From an uncultured Chloroflexia bacterium (GTDB lineage Bacteria; Chloroflexota; Limnocylindria; Limnocylindrales; CSP1-4), in NCBI GenBank assembly GCA_963776865.1, contig CAVZOG010000010.1, forward strand, positions 65,430 to 129,429: a stretch of DNA of 64,000 nucleotides, read 5' to 3'. Below, one piece after another: positions 12,245 through 21,666 of this stretch. Position 1 is the first letter of the stretch; each line of letters opens with the position of its first letter. A model generated the notes under the pieces. The model ran no database searches. It saw nothing but the letters and a program-made list of their open reading frames with translations, and had not been told where the DNA came from. The position numbers and the translations under genes are program-made.

Positions 12245-13462
12245 TCAGGCGACGATCCCGGCCCGAGTGATGCCCCAGATGTCGACGAGCCGGTCGGCCG
12301 GGATGGCGATATCGCGATAGTCGGGGTGCGGGGTAGCGACGACGAAGACCTCGGAGTGCTCGAGCACCTCGGCAATAGGCAAGTTCGCGGGATCTCTGAC
12401 GTACGGGTCGGTGCTGCGCACGATCGCGCCTGCGTCGATCAGAAGCTGGCGTAGCTCAGTGCTGGGGGCGCCGCGCACGTCGTCGGAACCGGCCTTGAAT
12501 GCCATTCCGAGCAGACCAACGTGGCGCCCCGCCAGAGGGCCGAATCGCCTCTCCATGCGCTCTGCCACCCGAGCAGGCAGGCTCCGATTGATCTCCAGTG
12601 CGGCGCGAACGAGCGAGCCATCGCGACTTGACAGCTCGGCCAGGGCGACCGAGTCCTTGACCAGACACGGTCCGGCCGCGAACCCCGGAGAGGGCAGGTT
12701 TCTTGCCCGTGGGTAGTCCTGTTGAACGATGCGCAGGACGTTGTCGTAGTCGGCGCCGGCCGCATCGGCCAGTGCCCAGAATTCGTTGGCCGCCGCAAAG
12801 CTCACATAGCGCCATCCGTTGGCGACGAGCTTCGCCACCTCGGCTTCGAGCGCAGTGGATCGGAGGCACTCGATGCCGAGCCGACCGAATAGGGCTTCTG
12901 CCCGTGAAGCTGCCTGAGGATCGTCGGCACCGACTATCTGGGGCAGCGACCGCAGCTCCTCCAGGGCGTTGCCCTGGACCAGCCTTTCCGGGCAGAACGC
13001 GACATCGGCATGCATACCGCGTTCGCGCAGGCGCTGGCGGACGTGGTCGGTGGTGCCCGGGCGGACTGTGCTCCTGATGATCAACAGAGCGCCGTCTGCG
13101 AGGTATGCCGCCAGGCCGTCGATGGTCTGGTCGAGAGCGGCGACCGACGACGAGCCTTCGTCATCGGTCAGCCCGACCGCCACGATGACCGTGTCGACGC
13201 CTCGGACGACGTCCGGCGACGCGCTGAACGTAAGGCGGCCGGTGGCCGCGAGACGTTCGATCAGCTCGTCCGCGCCTGGCTCGGCGAAGGGCGCCCGACC
13301 CGAGGCGATCGAGGTCAGTGACTGGTGCGACGTGTCCAGGATGCCGACTCGAAACCCTGCATCGCAGAACACCAGCGAGAGCGGTAGGCCGACATGACCT
13401 GCACCACCGACGATGACGATGTCGGGCACCCCAGGCTGTTGCTCATCGAGTGGGCTGATCAT
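12245..13462 (-). CDS. Nucleotide-sugar (UDP-glucose/GDP-mannose family) dehydrogenase
   Basis: ATG at 13462 gives MISPLDEQQPGVPDIVIVGGAGHVGLPL (Rossmann fold). Also FCPERLVQGNA, GFAAGPCLVKD (catalytic Cys region) and GMAFKAGSDDVRGAP. The 621-aa ORF in the track is an artefactual 5' extension. Confidence 0.85.
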   Translation of the reverse strand: MISPLDEQQPGVPDIVIVGGAGHVGLPLSLVFCDAGFRVGILDTSHQSLTSIASGRAPFAEPGADELIERLAATGRLTFSASPDVVRGVDTVIVAVGLTDDEGSSSVAALDQTIDGLAAYLADGALLIIRSTVRPGTTDHVRQRLRERGMHADVAFCPERLVQGNALEELRSLPQIVGADDPQAASRAEALFGRLGIECLRSTALEAEVAKLVANGWRYVSFAAANEFWALADAAGADYDNVLRIVQQDYPRARNLPSPGFAAGPCLVKDSVALAELSSRDGSLVRAALEINRSLPARVAERMERRFGPLAGRHVGLLGMAFKAGSDDVRGAPSTELRQLLIDAGAIVRSTDPYVRDPANLPIAEVLEHSEVFVVATPHPDYRDIAIPADRLVDIWGITRAGIVA

Positions 13463-13537
13463 GGGCCTATCGACAGTCGTCAAAAACCCCCACCTTCCGG
13501 TACGTGACGGTCGCGAGACTCTAGCATCGAGCCCGCC

Positions 13538-14783
13538 ATGAACCGGATGCTGGCCACCTACGCCGAAGCCGCCAAACGCTTCGGCACGCCGCTCTATTTC
13601 TATGACTTGCCACGGCTGCGCGCCGACGCGCGTGCCATCGCCGACGCGTTTCCGGCTCCATGGCTGCGCCTGTACGCGCTGAAGGCAAACTCGCTGCCCG
13701 GGCTGGTACGCGAGATCCTGGCCGAGGGTTTCGTCGCCAGTGCCGTTTCGAGCGGTGAAGTGGCACTCGCCGAGCGTGCCGGCGCGGCAGCGGATCGCAT
13801 CGTCCTCGAGGGGATCGGCAAGAGCGACGCCGATCTCATCGCCGCTGCGCGCCGCGCGGCGAATGGCTCGCCGCTTGCGTGGGTCAGCCTCGAGACGCCA
13901 GAGGATGCCGCTGTTCTGGCCGCCGCGGCGTGGGCGGCTGGGACGCGCGTTGACGTCCTCGTGCGCGTCAACCCGGCCGTGTCGCCCGAGACGCACAGCG
14001 GTCTGGCCGTCGGTGCAGCGGAATTCGAAGTTCGGCATCCTGCCCGAGGAGCTACCGGCCGTAATCGAGGCGGGTGGGGGTCCCGACGGCCCGCTGCGCT
14101 GGCGTGGCATCCACCTTCACGTCGGGTCGCAGCTCGGCGCCATCGATGCCTGGCGATCCGCGTTTCGGATCGGCGTTCGACTGCTCGAGCTGCAGCGCGC
14201 CACGCTGCCCGACTTCGACACGCTCGATGCGGGCGGCGGCTTTCCAGTCGCCATGGGCGACGACGATTCGGTGCCTGCGCCGAGCCGCTTTGCCCAGGCC
14301 GCGCAGGCCGAGCTGGACGCGATGCCGGACGGCACTCGACCCGCCAGGCTGGCCATCGAGCCGGGCCGTGCCGTCGTCGCCGGCTGTGGCTGGTTGGTCG
14401 GCCGTGTGCTGCACGTGCGGCCGCGCGAGACGCCGATCGTCGTTCTCGACACCGGCATGACCGAGCTCATCCGCCCCGCCCTGTACGGCGCCGTCCATCC
14501 CATGCGCGCGCTGACCTCGCTCGGGCGGCCGATTGACGACGGTGCAGCCGATTTGACCTCGGTGCGCGTCGACGGCCCGATCTGCGAATCGACCGACACG
14601 CTCGGCTTCTCTGACTTCCCGCCGCTCGAGCGGGGCGACCTGGTCGCGATCGGCATGGTCGGCGCGTACGGCTCGTCGATGGCCAGCACCTACAACGGCC
14701 GCCCGCGCCCGCCCGAAATCGCCTGGGACGGCGAGCGCCTGACCGTCCTTCGCCGCCGCGGCTCTCTTCGCAGCCTGCCCTAG
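13538..14783 (+). CDS. lysA: Type III PLP-dependent decarboxylase, most likely diaminopimelate decarboxylase; frameshifted as assembled
   Basis: FGTPLYFYD, YALKANS, HLHVGSQL, LDAGGGF, EPGRAVV and GPICESTD are present. The N-terminal part is in ORF 13538.. and the rest in ORF 13740..14783. The junction is ~14012-14027, just before SKFGI. Confidence 0.75.
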
Positions 14784-14787
14784 GCTT

Positions 14788-16767
14788 ATGGACGTGAGCG
14801 ACAAGACCACTTCTCACGTGCGGCGTGCATTCGCGGAACGGCTGGCGCGCGCGCCGCTGCTGCTCGACGGCGCGATGGGCACGCTGCTCTACAGCCGGGG
14901 AGTGCCGCAGCGCTCGTCGCTCGACAGTCTCGTCGAGACGCAACCGGAGCTGATCGGCGCTATCCACCGCGAGTACATCGACGCCGGCGCGGACGCGATC
15001 GAGACGAACTCGTTCGGCGCAAACCGGCTCCGCCTCGCGCCATACGGCCTTGCCGATCGCGCCGGCCTGCTCAATCGCCGCGCTGCGCAGCTGGCCAGAG
15101 AAGCGCGCGACGTGGCCGGCAAGACGGACGTGCTCGTGGCCGGGTCAATCGGGCCGCTCGAGGCACCCGTCCACGGCCCTGAGCACCTGCGAGGCCAGGT
15201 GATGCGCGACGCCTTCCGCGAGCAGATCGAGGGTCTCCTCGAAGGCGGCGCGGACATCCTGCTGTTCGAGACGTTCAGCGACCTGGACGAGCTGCTGCTC
15301 GGTGTGGACGAAGCGCACCGCCTGTCCGACGTTCCGATCATCGCCCAGATGACGTTCGGCGAGGACCTGCTCGCGATCGACGGCACGAGCCCGCAGACTG
15401 CCGCGACCGCGCTGGCCGCGGCGGGGGTCGACGCAGTGGGTGTCAACTGCGGCGTCGGGCCGCTGATCTGCCTCGACGCGCTGTCACAGATGGGCCTTCC
15501 GTCGGCCGGTCTGGCCAGGTCGATCGTGCCCAACGCGGGTCTGCCCCAGCGCGTCGATCGCCAGTTCGTGTACGCCGCCGAGCCGGCCTATTTCGGTGAC
15601 GCAGTGACACGCTTCCTGGACGCCGGCGCGCGCATCATCGGCGGCTGTTGCGGCACGACGCCCGAGCACATCCGACACATGCGCCAGGCGCTGGACGCGA
15701 TCACCTCCGGCGGGCGACCGCGCGCCGGCCGACAGCCGGACCACGAGCACATGACCAGTCCGCGAACGCCGATCGCCGATCGCGTGGGCGGAGGATCCGC
15801 GACAGAACCGCCACCGCCGACTCGCCTGGCCACGCTGCTCGGCGACAAGGGCTTCATCGTCAGCGTCGAGATCGACCCGCCACGTTCGGTGCGCATCGAG
15901 CGCACGATCGAGGCGGCGCGGCTGCTCCTGGACGCCGGCGTCGACATCGTCAACATCAGCGACAGCGCGATGGCCCGCGTGCGGATGGGCGCGATGGCCG
16001 TCGCCTTCGGGGTTCAGCACGACCTGGACCTGGAGTGCCTCGTCCACGTCACGACGCGCGACCGCAATTTGATGGCGCTCGAATCGGAGCTCCTCGGCGC
16101 GCATGCGCTCGGCGTGCGCAACATCCTGGCACTCACCGGCGACCCGCCACGGGTCGGCGACTACCCAACCGGCACGGGCATCTGGGACGTGGATTCGATC
16201 GGCTTGATCGGCATCTTGAGCCGGCTGAACCGGGGCGAGGATCAGGCCGGCAAGCCGATTGGCGCCCCGGCGGGCTTCACGATCGCGTGCGCGCTCGACC
16301 CAACCGCGGCCGACACCGACCAGGAGATCGAGCGTCTCGCAGCCAAGCTCGAGGCCGGCGCCGACCTGATCATGACCCAGCCGATCTACGCCCGCGCGCA
16401 GTGGGACCGCTTCATGGACCGTGCCGTCGTGCGCTGGCCGTCCGGGCTGCCGAAGCCCGTGTTGCTCGGCGTCCTGCCGCTGCACACCCATCGGCACGCC
16501 GAGTTCCTGCACAACGAGGTGCCCGGCATCACCATCCCCGACGAGGTCCGTGCGGCGATGCATGCCGCCGGCGAGCGAGGCGCCGAGGTCGGGCTGGAGA
16601 TGGCCCATGCGCTGCTCGAGCAGCTGGCCACGGACGTCCAGGGCACATACGTGATGCCCAGCTTCGGCCGCTACGAACAGGCCGCCGAGCTCGTTCGGCG
16701 CGTCAGGGCCGACACGCGCATGGCGACCACGCGCACTTCGACCACGGCGGACACAATTCGCACGTGA
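14788..16767 (+). CDS. Bifunctional homocysteine S-methyltransferase / 5,10-methylenetetrahydrofolate reductase fusion
   Basis: Intact 659 aa. The N-terminal domain reads LLDGAMGTLL..ETNSFGAN..GGCCGTTPEHI. The C-terminal domain is MTHFR-like: VSVEIDPP..HVTTRDRN..ALTGDPP. Confidence 0.85.
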   Translation: MDVSDKTTSHVRRAFAERLARAPLLLDGAMGTLLYSRGVPQRSSLDSLVETQPELIGAIHREYIDAGADAIETNSFGANRLRLAPYGLADRAGLLNRRAAQLAREARDVAGKTDVLVAGSIGPLEAPVHGPEHLRGQVMRDAFREQIEGLLEGGADILLFETFSDLDELLLGVDEAHRLSDVPIIAQMTFGEDLLAIDGTSPQTAATALAAAGVDAVGVNCGVGPLICLDALSQMGLPSAGLARSIVPNAGLPQRVDRQFVYAAEPAYFGDAVTRFLDAGARIIGGCCGTTPEHIRHMRQALDAITSGGRPRAGRQPDHEHMTSPRTPIADRVGGGSATEPPPPTRLATLLGDKGFIVSVEIDPPRSVRIERTIEAARLLLDAGVDIVNISDSAMARVRMGAMAVAFGVQHDLDLECLVHVTTRDRNLMALESELLGAHALGVRNILALTGDPPRVGDYPTGTGIWDVDSIGLIGILSRLNRGEDQAGKPIGAPAGFTIACALDPTAADTDQEIERLAAKLEAGADLIMTQPIYARAQWDRFMDRAVVRWPSGLPKPVLLGVLPLHTHRHAEFLHNEVPGITIPDEVRAAMHAAGERGAEVGLEMAHALLEQLATDVQGTYVMPSFGRYEQAAELVRRVRADTRMATTRTSTTADTIRT

Positions 16768-18488
16768 AGCGTTCGATACTCAGTGCCGGAGGACTGCTCC
16801 TTCTGCTGGCCGGCACGGCGGCGGCCCAAACACCACCCGCCGGGCCGCCGTTTCCGCCGCCGGTCACCGACGTCGTCGTGTACGACAACGCCAACATCCT
16901 TTCGTCGGAGGCGGAGTTCCTGGCGACGCAGATCATCACCGACATCGAGCAACGCGTCGGTGCCGAGGTCGTCGTCTACACGCAGTACAAGCCCGGCTCG
17001 ACGGAGGGGTCGACCGAGCAGGACGCGATCGCGCTGGTCGACCAGTGGGGCGTCGGCCGCGCCGGCTTCGACGACGGCCTGGCGATCATGTGGAACACCA
17101 ATCGACAGCAATGTCTGTCGGGGGCCAGCGGCAACGGACAGATCCAGCTCTACGCCGGGCCCGGCTATCGCGCCGCGTTCCTGTCGAATGCCGAGCGACA
17201 GCAGATCTTCGACGAGGACATGGTTCCGCACCTGCGCGAGTGCGACGAAGACGCTGCGCTGCTCGCGGCGCTGGGGAAGATCGACGCCAACGCCACTCCC
17301 CAGCACGCCCAGGTGCTGGCGGCGGCGCGGATCATCGACGCGATCCTCGGGTTGATCGTCGCGCCGCTGATATTCCTGCTGCTGGTCGGCTGGGCGGCCT
17401 GGTCGTGGCTGCGCTTCGGTCGCGACCCGGTCTACCTCGACAGCCCATCGATCCTGATGCCCGCGCCACCACCCGAGCTGACCGCCGCGTCCGGAGCGGT
17501 CGTGTGGGAGGGCCGGTCGACGCGACGAGCGTTGACGACGGCGATGCTCGATCTGGCCAGTCGCGGCGAGCTCAGCTTCCGCGAGGAAAGCAGCCTGTTG
17601 AGCAAGAAGGCGGGCATCCAGATCCACGACGGTCAGTCGCAGGATCCATATGTCATCCGCAATCGTCGCCGCCCGATTGGCCCGGCCGAGGATTACGCGC
17701 TCGAGCGCATCCAGGGCATAGCGCGCGGTGAGACGGCCGATTACATCGCTGCCGACGACATAACCAAGTTCGGCAAGTACGCATCGAAGTTCGACACGAC
17801 GATCGAGAAATGGGTCGCTGACAAGGGCTGGTTCACCGAGCCGCCGGGCAAGGCAACCTCGCGCTGGCGGGGACGCGGCACGCTCGAGCTGATCCTGGGC
17901 GGCGTCCTGCTGGGCATCAACTTCACGTTCATCGAGAGCGGCGGCCTGACTGTTGTCGGCGGCGCACTCATCGCCGCCGGTGTCGCGACATTGTTCATCG
18001 CCGGCGCCATGCCGGCGCGAACGATGGCCGGCGCGATGGTCTACGCGATGCTCGCGGCGTATCGGCGCACGCTCCAGAAGACGATGGAGCAGGCACGCTC
18101 GATGAACCAGGTCGTCCAGGAGGCGCAGCTCGACTGGCTCGAGACGCCGGACCAGGCGGTCGTGTGGGGCACGGCGCTCGGCTTGCAGGGCGACATCGAG
18201 CAGGTCCTCGAGCGCAGCGCCGAGGACGCCGGCGCGGGTGTCACAACGTACAACCCGTGGTTGCCGGCCTGGTACGCCAGCGGCTCCTCGTCGAGCGGCG
18301 GCGGCGGGTCGCTCGGCATGGCGCCCGGCCTGTTCTCGAGCTCGGGTGCCATTCCCGATTTCGGCGGCATGATGTCTGCCCTTGGCTCGATCGGTAACTC
18401 GCCCAGCTCGAGCGGCTCGGGCGGATCGGGCGGCTTCAGCGGTGGCGGCAGCGGCGGAGGCGGAGGCGGCGCCGGCGGCGGCTACTAG
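16764..18488 (+). CDS. Secreted/membrane TPM-domain plus DUF2207-like protein with a Gly/Ser-rich tail
   Basis: GTG at 16764 overlaps the upstream stop (GTGA). Signal peptide VKRSILSAGGLLLLLAGTAAAQ. TPM-like region VVYDNANILS..VVVYTQ..WGVGRAGFDDGL. Internal TM segments, and a C-terminus GGGSGGGGGGAGGGY. Confidence 0.7.
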   Translation: MKRSILSAGGLLLLLAGTAAAQTPPAGPPFPPPVTDVVVYDNANILSSEAEFLATQIITDIEQRVGAEVVVYTQYKPGSTEGSTEQDAIALVDQWGVGRAGFDDGLAIMWNTNRQQCLSGASGNGQIQLYAGPGYRAAFLSNAERQQIFDEDMVPHLRECDEDAALLAALGKIDANATPQHAQVLAAARIIDAILGLIVAPLIFLLLVGWAAWSWLRFGRDPVYLDSPSILMPAPPPELTAASGAVVWEGRSTRRALTTAMLDLASRGELSFREESSLLSKKAGIQIHDGQSQDPYVIRNRRRPIGPAEDYALERIQGIARGETADYIAADDITKFGKYASKFDTTIEKWVADKGWFTEPPGKATSRWRGRGTLELILGGVLLGINFTFIESGGLTVVGGALIAAGVATLFIAGAMPARTMAGAMVYAMLAAYRRTLQKTMEQARSMNQVVQEAQLDWLETPDQAVVWGTALGLQGDIEQVLERSAEDAGAGVTTYNPWLPAWYASGSSSSGGGGSLGMAPGLFSSSGAIPDFGGMMSALGSIGNSPSSSGSGGSGGFSGGGSGGGGGGAGGGY

Positions 18489-18535
18489 AGGACGCGGCGG
18501 GCCGTGGGGCGCTGCGACGTTAAACTGCGATCGAT

Positions 18536-18865
18536 ATGGGTGCCGTTGAGACGATGGAGCAGTTCTTCGAGCTGCTCAATGACGGAGAGCGCGAGTCCGC
18601 GCTCAAGCTGATGGACGAGAAGGTCGAGATGCGCGTCCACGTGCAGGACAACGCGCGCACGTTGCGCGGCGTCGAGCAGGTCGGCGGCTGGTTCCTGCGC
18701 GCTGACAAGGGCCTCAAGATGATCCCGGCCGGGGAGCGCGACACGGGTGCGAACTACGAATGCGACCTGCTCGTCGTCCGACCCGGCGCGCCGTCGCAGC
18801 ATCTCGACGCGACCTTCCGCATCGAAACTGGAAAGATCGTCTCGATCAACCTGGCTCCGCGCTAG
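18536..18865 (+). CDS. Small NTF2/SnoaL-like fold protein (tentative)
   Basis: 109-aa ORF. The FFELLNDGERESALKLMDEKVEM.. start is typical of SnoaL-like proteins. No catalytic motif was identified. Confidence 0.45.
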   Translation: MGAVETMEQFFELLNDGERESALKLMDEKVEMRVHVQDNARTLRGVEQVGGWFLRADKGLKMIPAGERDTGANYECDLLVVRPGAPSQHLDATFRIETGKIVSINLAPR

Positions 18866-18897
18866 CGCCGAAGCGTCAGACGGTCAATCGGTCCGCG

Positions 18898-20234
18898 CTA
18901 GGGCGCGGCGGTCGGCAACGGCCCCGGGATGATGATGACCTGGCCGACGAAGATGTCGTTCGGGTCGGTGATGTCCGGGTTTGCGGCAAGGATGTCGGCG
19001 ACTGTCAGGTCGTTGCGGCGGGCGATGCGCGCGAGGGTGTCACCGCTCCTGATCCGGTAGGTACGCGGGCTCGCTGTCGGCTCAGGCTCCTCGGTCGGCT
19101 CGCCCTGCGTGGCGGTCGCGGTGGCCGGCGCGGTTGGCGTGGCCAGCGTCTCGCTCGGTGCGATCGATGCGCTTGGGCTCGGCAGCGCCGACAGGGACGG
19201 GCGCGTTGTCGGTCCCGGGCCGGCGAGGATGCCGGGCAGGAAGATGACTCCGGCAACACCGAGGGCGAGGATCAGAACGACGGCGATCGCGGTCAGCAAT
19301 CCGGTTCCCGATCGCTCGTCGGGTGGTTCGCTGCCCGCCTGGGCCCCGTAGCGGCCGTCGATGTCCCACGAGGGCACGACGTCCTCGCGCCTGACTCGGT
19401 CGACCGAAGGCGTGCGACTCGACGAGCTGCGCGGGATCCCGGCTTCATCGGCCGCGATGGCAGCGGCGATGGCGGCTTCCGAAACAGGCGCCGCCGGTCG
19501 CTCGGCGAGGAACGGCGGCACTGGCGGGATGTCTTCTTCGTCGGACGGCTCGTACGGCGGCGTCGAATCCTGGACGGCGGCGGAGAAGGCCGCCGGTGTG
19601 GCGGCTGCCACGACGATCGGGGCGGCCGGCCTCAGATCCTCGTCGGGCTCTGGCTCGGGCTCCGCTCGGGCTCGGCCGCGGGCGCGGGAGTGGGCATGGG
19701 CTCGGCTGCCGCCGGCGCGTCGAATGCCCCCAGCTGCTCGGCTCCTCCGACCGAGTCGTCTTCTGGCTCGGCTGCGCTCGCCGCCGCGGCAAGTGACGCG
19801 GCGGCGGCGGGACTGTACTGAGCTGGCTCGTCGTCTGCTGCCGATCCCGGCGCGGCGAACTCGGATGCCGCGAGCAGGTCTTCCTCGCCCTCCGCGCGCA
19901 CTACGGGCGGCGCGGTGTCGGGCTCATCGTCGGCCGCGCCACCGGCCATCGCCGCTGCGACGGCAGATTCGCGGCCGCCCTCGTAGCCGGACGGTGCGGG
20001 GACGGGCCGTGCCGCGGCTCGGGCGGCCCAGTCCTGGAAGATCGGGCAGGTCGGGAAATTCGGGGAGAGGCAGAACGCTTCCTGATGGGCCAGGGCGCGT
20101 GGCGCAGGGGTCGGCTCCGCATAGCACCTGTGCCTGTAGTCGGGCTGGTCCGACCGCTTGTCGCGGTCGTTGTCCAACGCAACAAACGGGCAGGCGCCAG
20201 GGCCTTCGCCGAACAGGTCGCCCCTCGCCGCCAT
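18898..20234 (-). CDS. Membrane protein with an N-terminal 4-Cys cytoplasmic domain, one TM segment and a C-terminal LysM domain; frameshifted as assembled
   Basis: ORF 19632..20234 reads ..GACPFVALDNDRD..YRHRCYAE..HQEAFCLSPNFPTCPIFQDW. ORF 18898..19611 has the TM segment LLTAIAVVLILALGVAGVIFL and LysM YRIRSGDTLARIARRNDLTVADILAANP. Adding one G at ~19662-19664 joins ..AAEPER to EPEPEPDEDLRPAAPIVV. Confidence 0.7.
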
Positions 20235-20245
20235 CGAGGGCGATA

Positions 20246-21574
20246 TTACGCGGCGGCGGCGACCTCTGAGTCGTCTTCGCGCGCGCCCTCCATCGCGTCG
20301 CCGAGCGGCACGTACTGCTGCTCGGGCCCGGCCGAGATGACCATGCCCGCGCCGACCGTGTCCTGCGTCGTCTCATCGATGAGCACGAAGCCGCCGGTGG
20401 TGCGCGAAAGGTCGTACGAATCGAGCAGCAGCGGTGCGCTCGTGCGCAGCCGCACGCGACCGATCTCATTCAGGCCGAGGCCGTCGGCAGCCTGGTCGCG
20501 ATGGAGCGTGTTGACGTCGATTCGGTAGCGCAGGTCGTCGACGACTGCCCGCACCGTCCGCGTCGTGTGCTTCAGGAAGTACCGACCGTCCTTGCGCAAC
20601 GGGGCGTCGGCCATCCAGCACATCATCGCTTCGAGCTCGTTGGCGACCGTCGGCTGATTGTGCGGGCGACAGATCATGTCGCCGCGCGAGATGTCGATGT
20701 CGTCCTCGAGCAGGATCGAGACCGACAGCGGCGGACTGGCTGCCTCGATCTCACCGTCGAGAGTCTCGATGCGCCTGATGCGTGACTTCTTGCCCGACGG
20801 CAGGATGGTCACCTCGTCGCCCTTGCGGAACACACCGGAAGCAATCTGGCCGGCGTAGCCGCGGTAGTCGTGGTGCTCGGTCGTCTGCGGCCGAATCACC
20901 CACTGGACCGGGAAGCGCGCGTCGATCAGGTTCCGATCGGAGCCGATGTAGACGTTCTCGAGGTGGTACAGCAGCGACGGTCCCTGGTACCACGGCATCG
21001 AGATCGAGCGGGTAACGACGTTGTCTCCGTGAAGCGCCGAGATCGGGATGAACTGGATGTCGTGCACGTCGAGCTTCTGGGCCCACTCCGAGAATTCGGC
21101 GCGGATGCTCTCGTAAACATCTTCGCTGTAGCCGACGAGGTCCATCTTGTTGACCGCTACGACGAGATGCGGGATGCCGAGCAGCGTTGCGATGAACGCG
21201 TGGCGGTGCGACTGCTCGAGGACGCCCTTGCGCGCATCGATCAGGACGATGGCCAGATCGGCCGTCGATGCGCCGGTGACCATGTTGCGCGTGTACTGAA
21301 CGTGGCCCGGCGTGTCGGCAATGATGAACTTGCGCCGGGGAGTGGCGAAGTAGCGATAGGCGACGTCGATGGTGATGCCCTGCTCGCGCTCGGCGCGCAG
21401 GCCGTCGGTCAGCAGTGCCAGGTCGACCTGCTGGTAGCCGCGCCGCTGGCTGGTCCGCTCGATCGCCGCGAGCTGGTCCTCGAAGATGCCCTTGGAGTCG
21501 TACAGCAGCCGGCCGATGAGCGTGCTCTTGCCGTCATCGACCGAGCCGGCCGTTGAGAAACGAAGCAGATCCAA
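20246..21574 (-). CDS. cysN: Sulfate adenylyltransferase subunit 1 (GTPase)
   Basis: Intact 442 aa with GSVDDGKSTLIGRLL, DTPGH and NKMD. TTG start at 21574 is preceded by AGGAGA. Confidence 0.9.
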   Translation of the reverse strand: MDLLRFSTAGSVDDGKSTLIGRLLYDSKGIFEDQLAAIERTSQRRGYQQVDLALLTDGLRAEREQGITIDVAYRYFATPRRKFIIADTPGHVQYTRNMVTGASTADLAIVLIDARKGVLEQSHRHAFIATLLGIPHLVVAVNKMDLVGYSEDVYESIRAEFSEWAQKLDVHDIQFIPISALHGDNVVTRSISMPWYQGPSLLYHLENVYIGSDRNLIDARFPVQWVIRPQTTEHHDYRGYAGQIASGVFRKGDEVTILPSGKKSRIRRIETLDGEIEAASPPLSVSILLEDDIDISRGDMICRPHNQPTVANELEAMMCWMADAPLRKDGRYFLKHTTRTVRAVVDDLRYRIDVNTLHRDQAADGLGLNEIGRVRLRTSAPLLLDSYDLSRTTGGFVLIDETTQDTVGAGMVISAGPEQQYVPLGDAMEGAREDDSEVAAAA

Positions 21575-21586
21575 TTTAAGTCTCCT

Positions 21587-21655
21587 GCGCAGTCGGCCTG
21601 CGGGCCGCTGCTGCGCGCTTAGCGGTCGGCTCCCGCCGAGGGCGGGGTCCGACCG
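21587..21655 (-). other. Two stable stem-loops in the cysD-cysN intercistronic spacer
   Basis: In mRNA sense the first is CGGTCGG-AC-CCCGCC / CTC / GGCGGG-AG-CCGACCG (21623-21655). The second is GCGCAG..GCGGCC-CGCA-GGCCG..CTGCGC (21587-21616), and its 3' arm abuts the AGGAGA Shine-Dalgarno of cysN. Confidence 0.6.
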
Positions 21656-21666
21656 ACGCTTGCGGT

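Noticed and set aside
13463-14110. 5' extension of the nucleotide-sugar dehydrogenase ORF (621 aa in the track)
   Set aside because: The extension overlaps the lysA-like gene on the opposite strand and has no sequence sense. The Rossmann-fold N-terminus begins at ATG 13462.
15648-16763. N-terminal 372 aa of the 946-aa ORF 15648..18488
   Set aside because: This part overlaps the homocysteine-methyltransferase/MTHFR gene in another frame and reads as Arg/Pro/Gly-rich nonsense. The real gene starts at GTG 16764 with a signal peptide.
18290-18485. GGC/GGA-rich DNA repeat
   Set aside because: It lies in frame inside the TPM/DUF2207 gene and simply encodes its Gly/Ser tail. The same applies to the CCG/CCA-rich stretches at 39400-39600 and 57840-57960, which encode Pro-rich tails.
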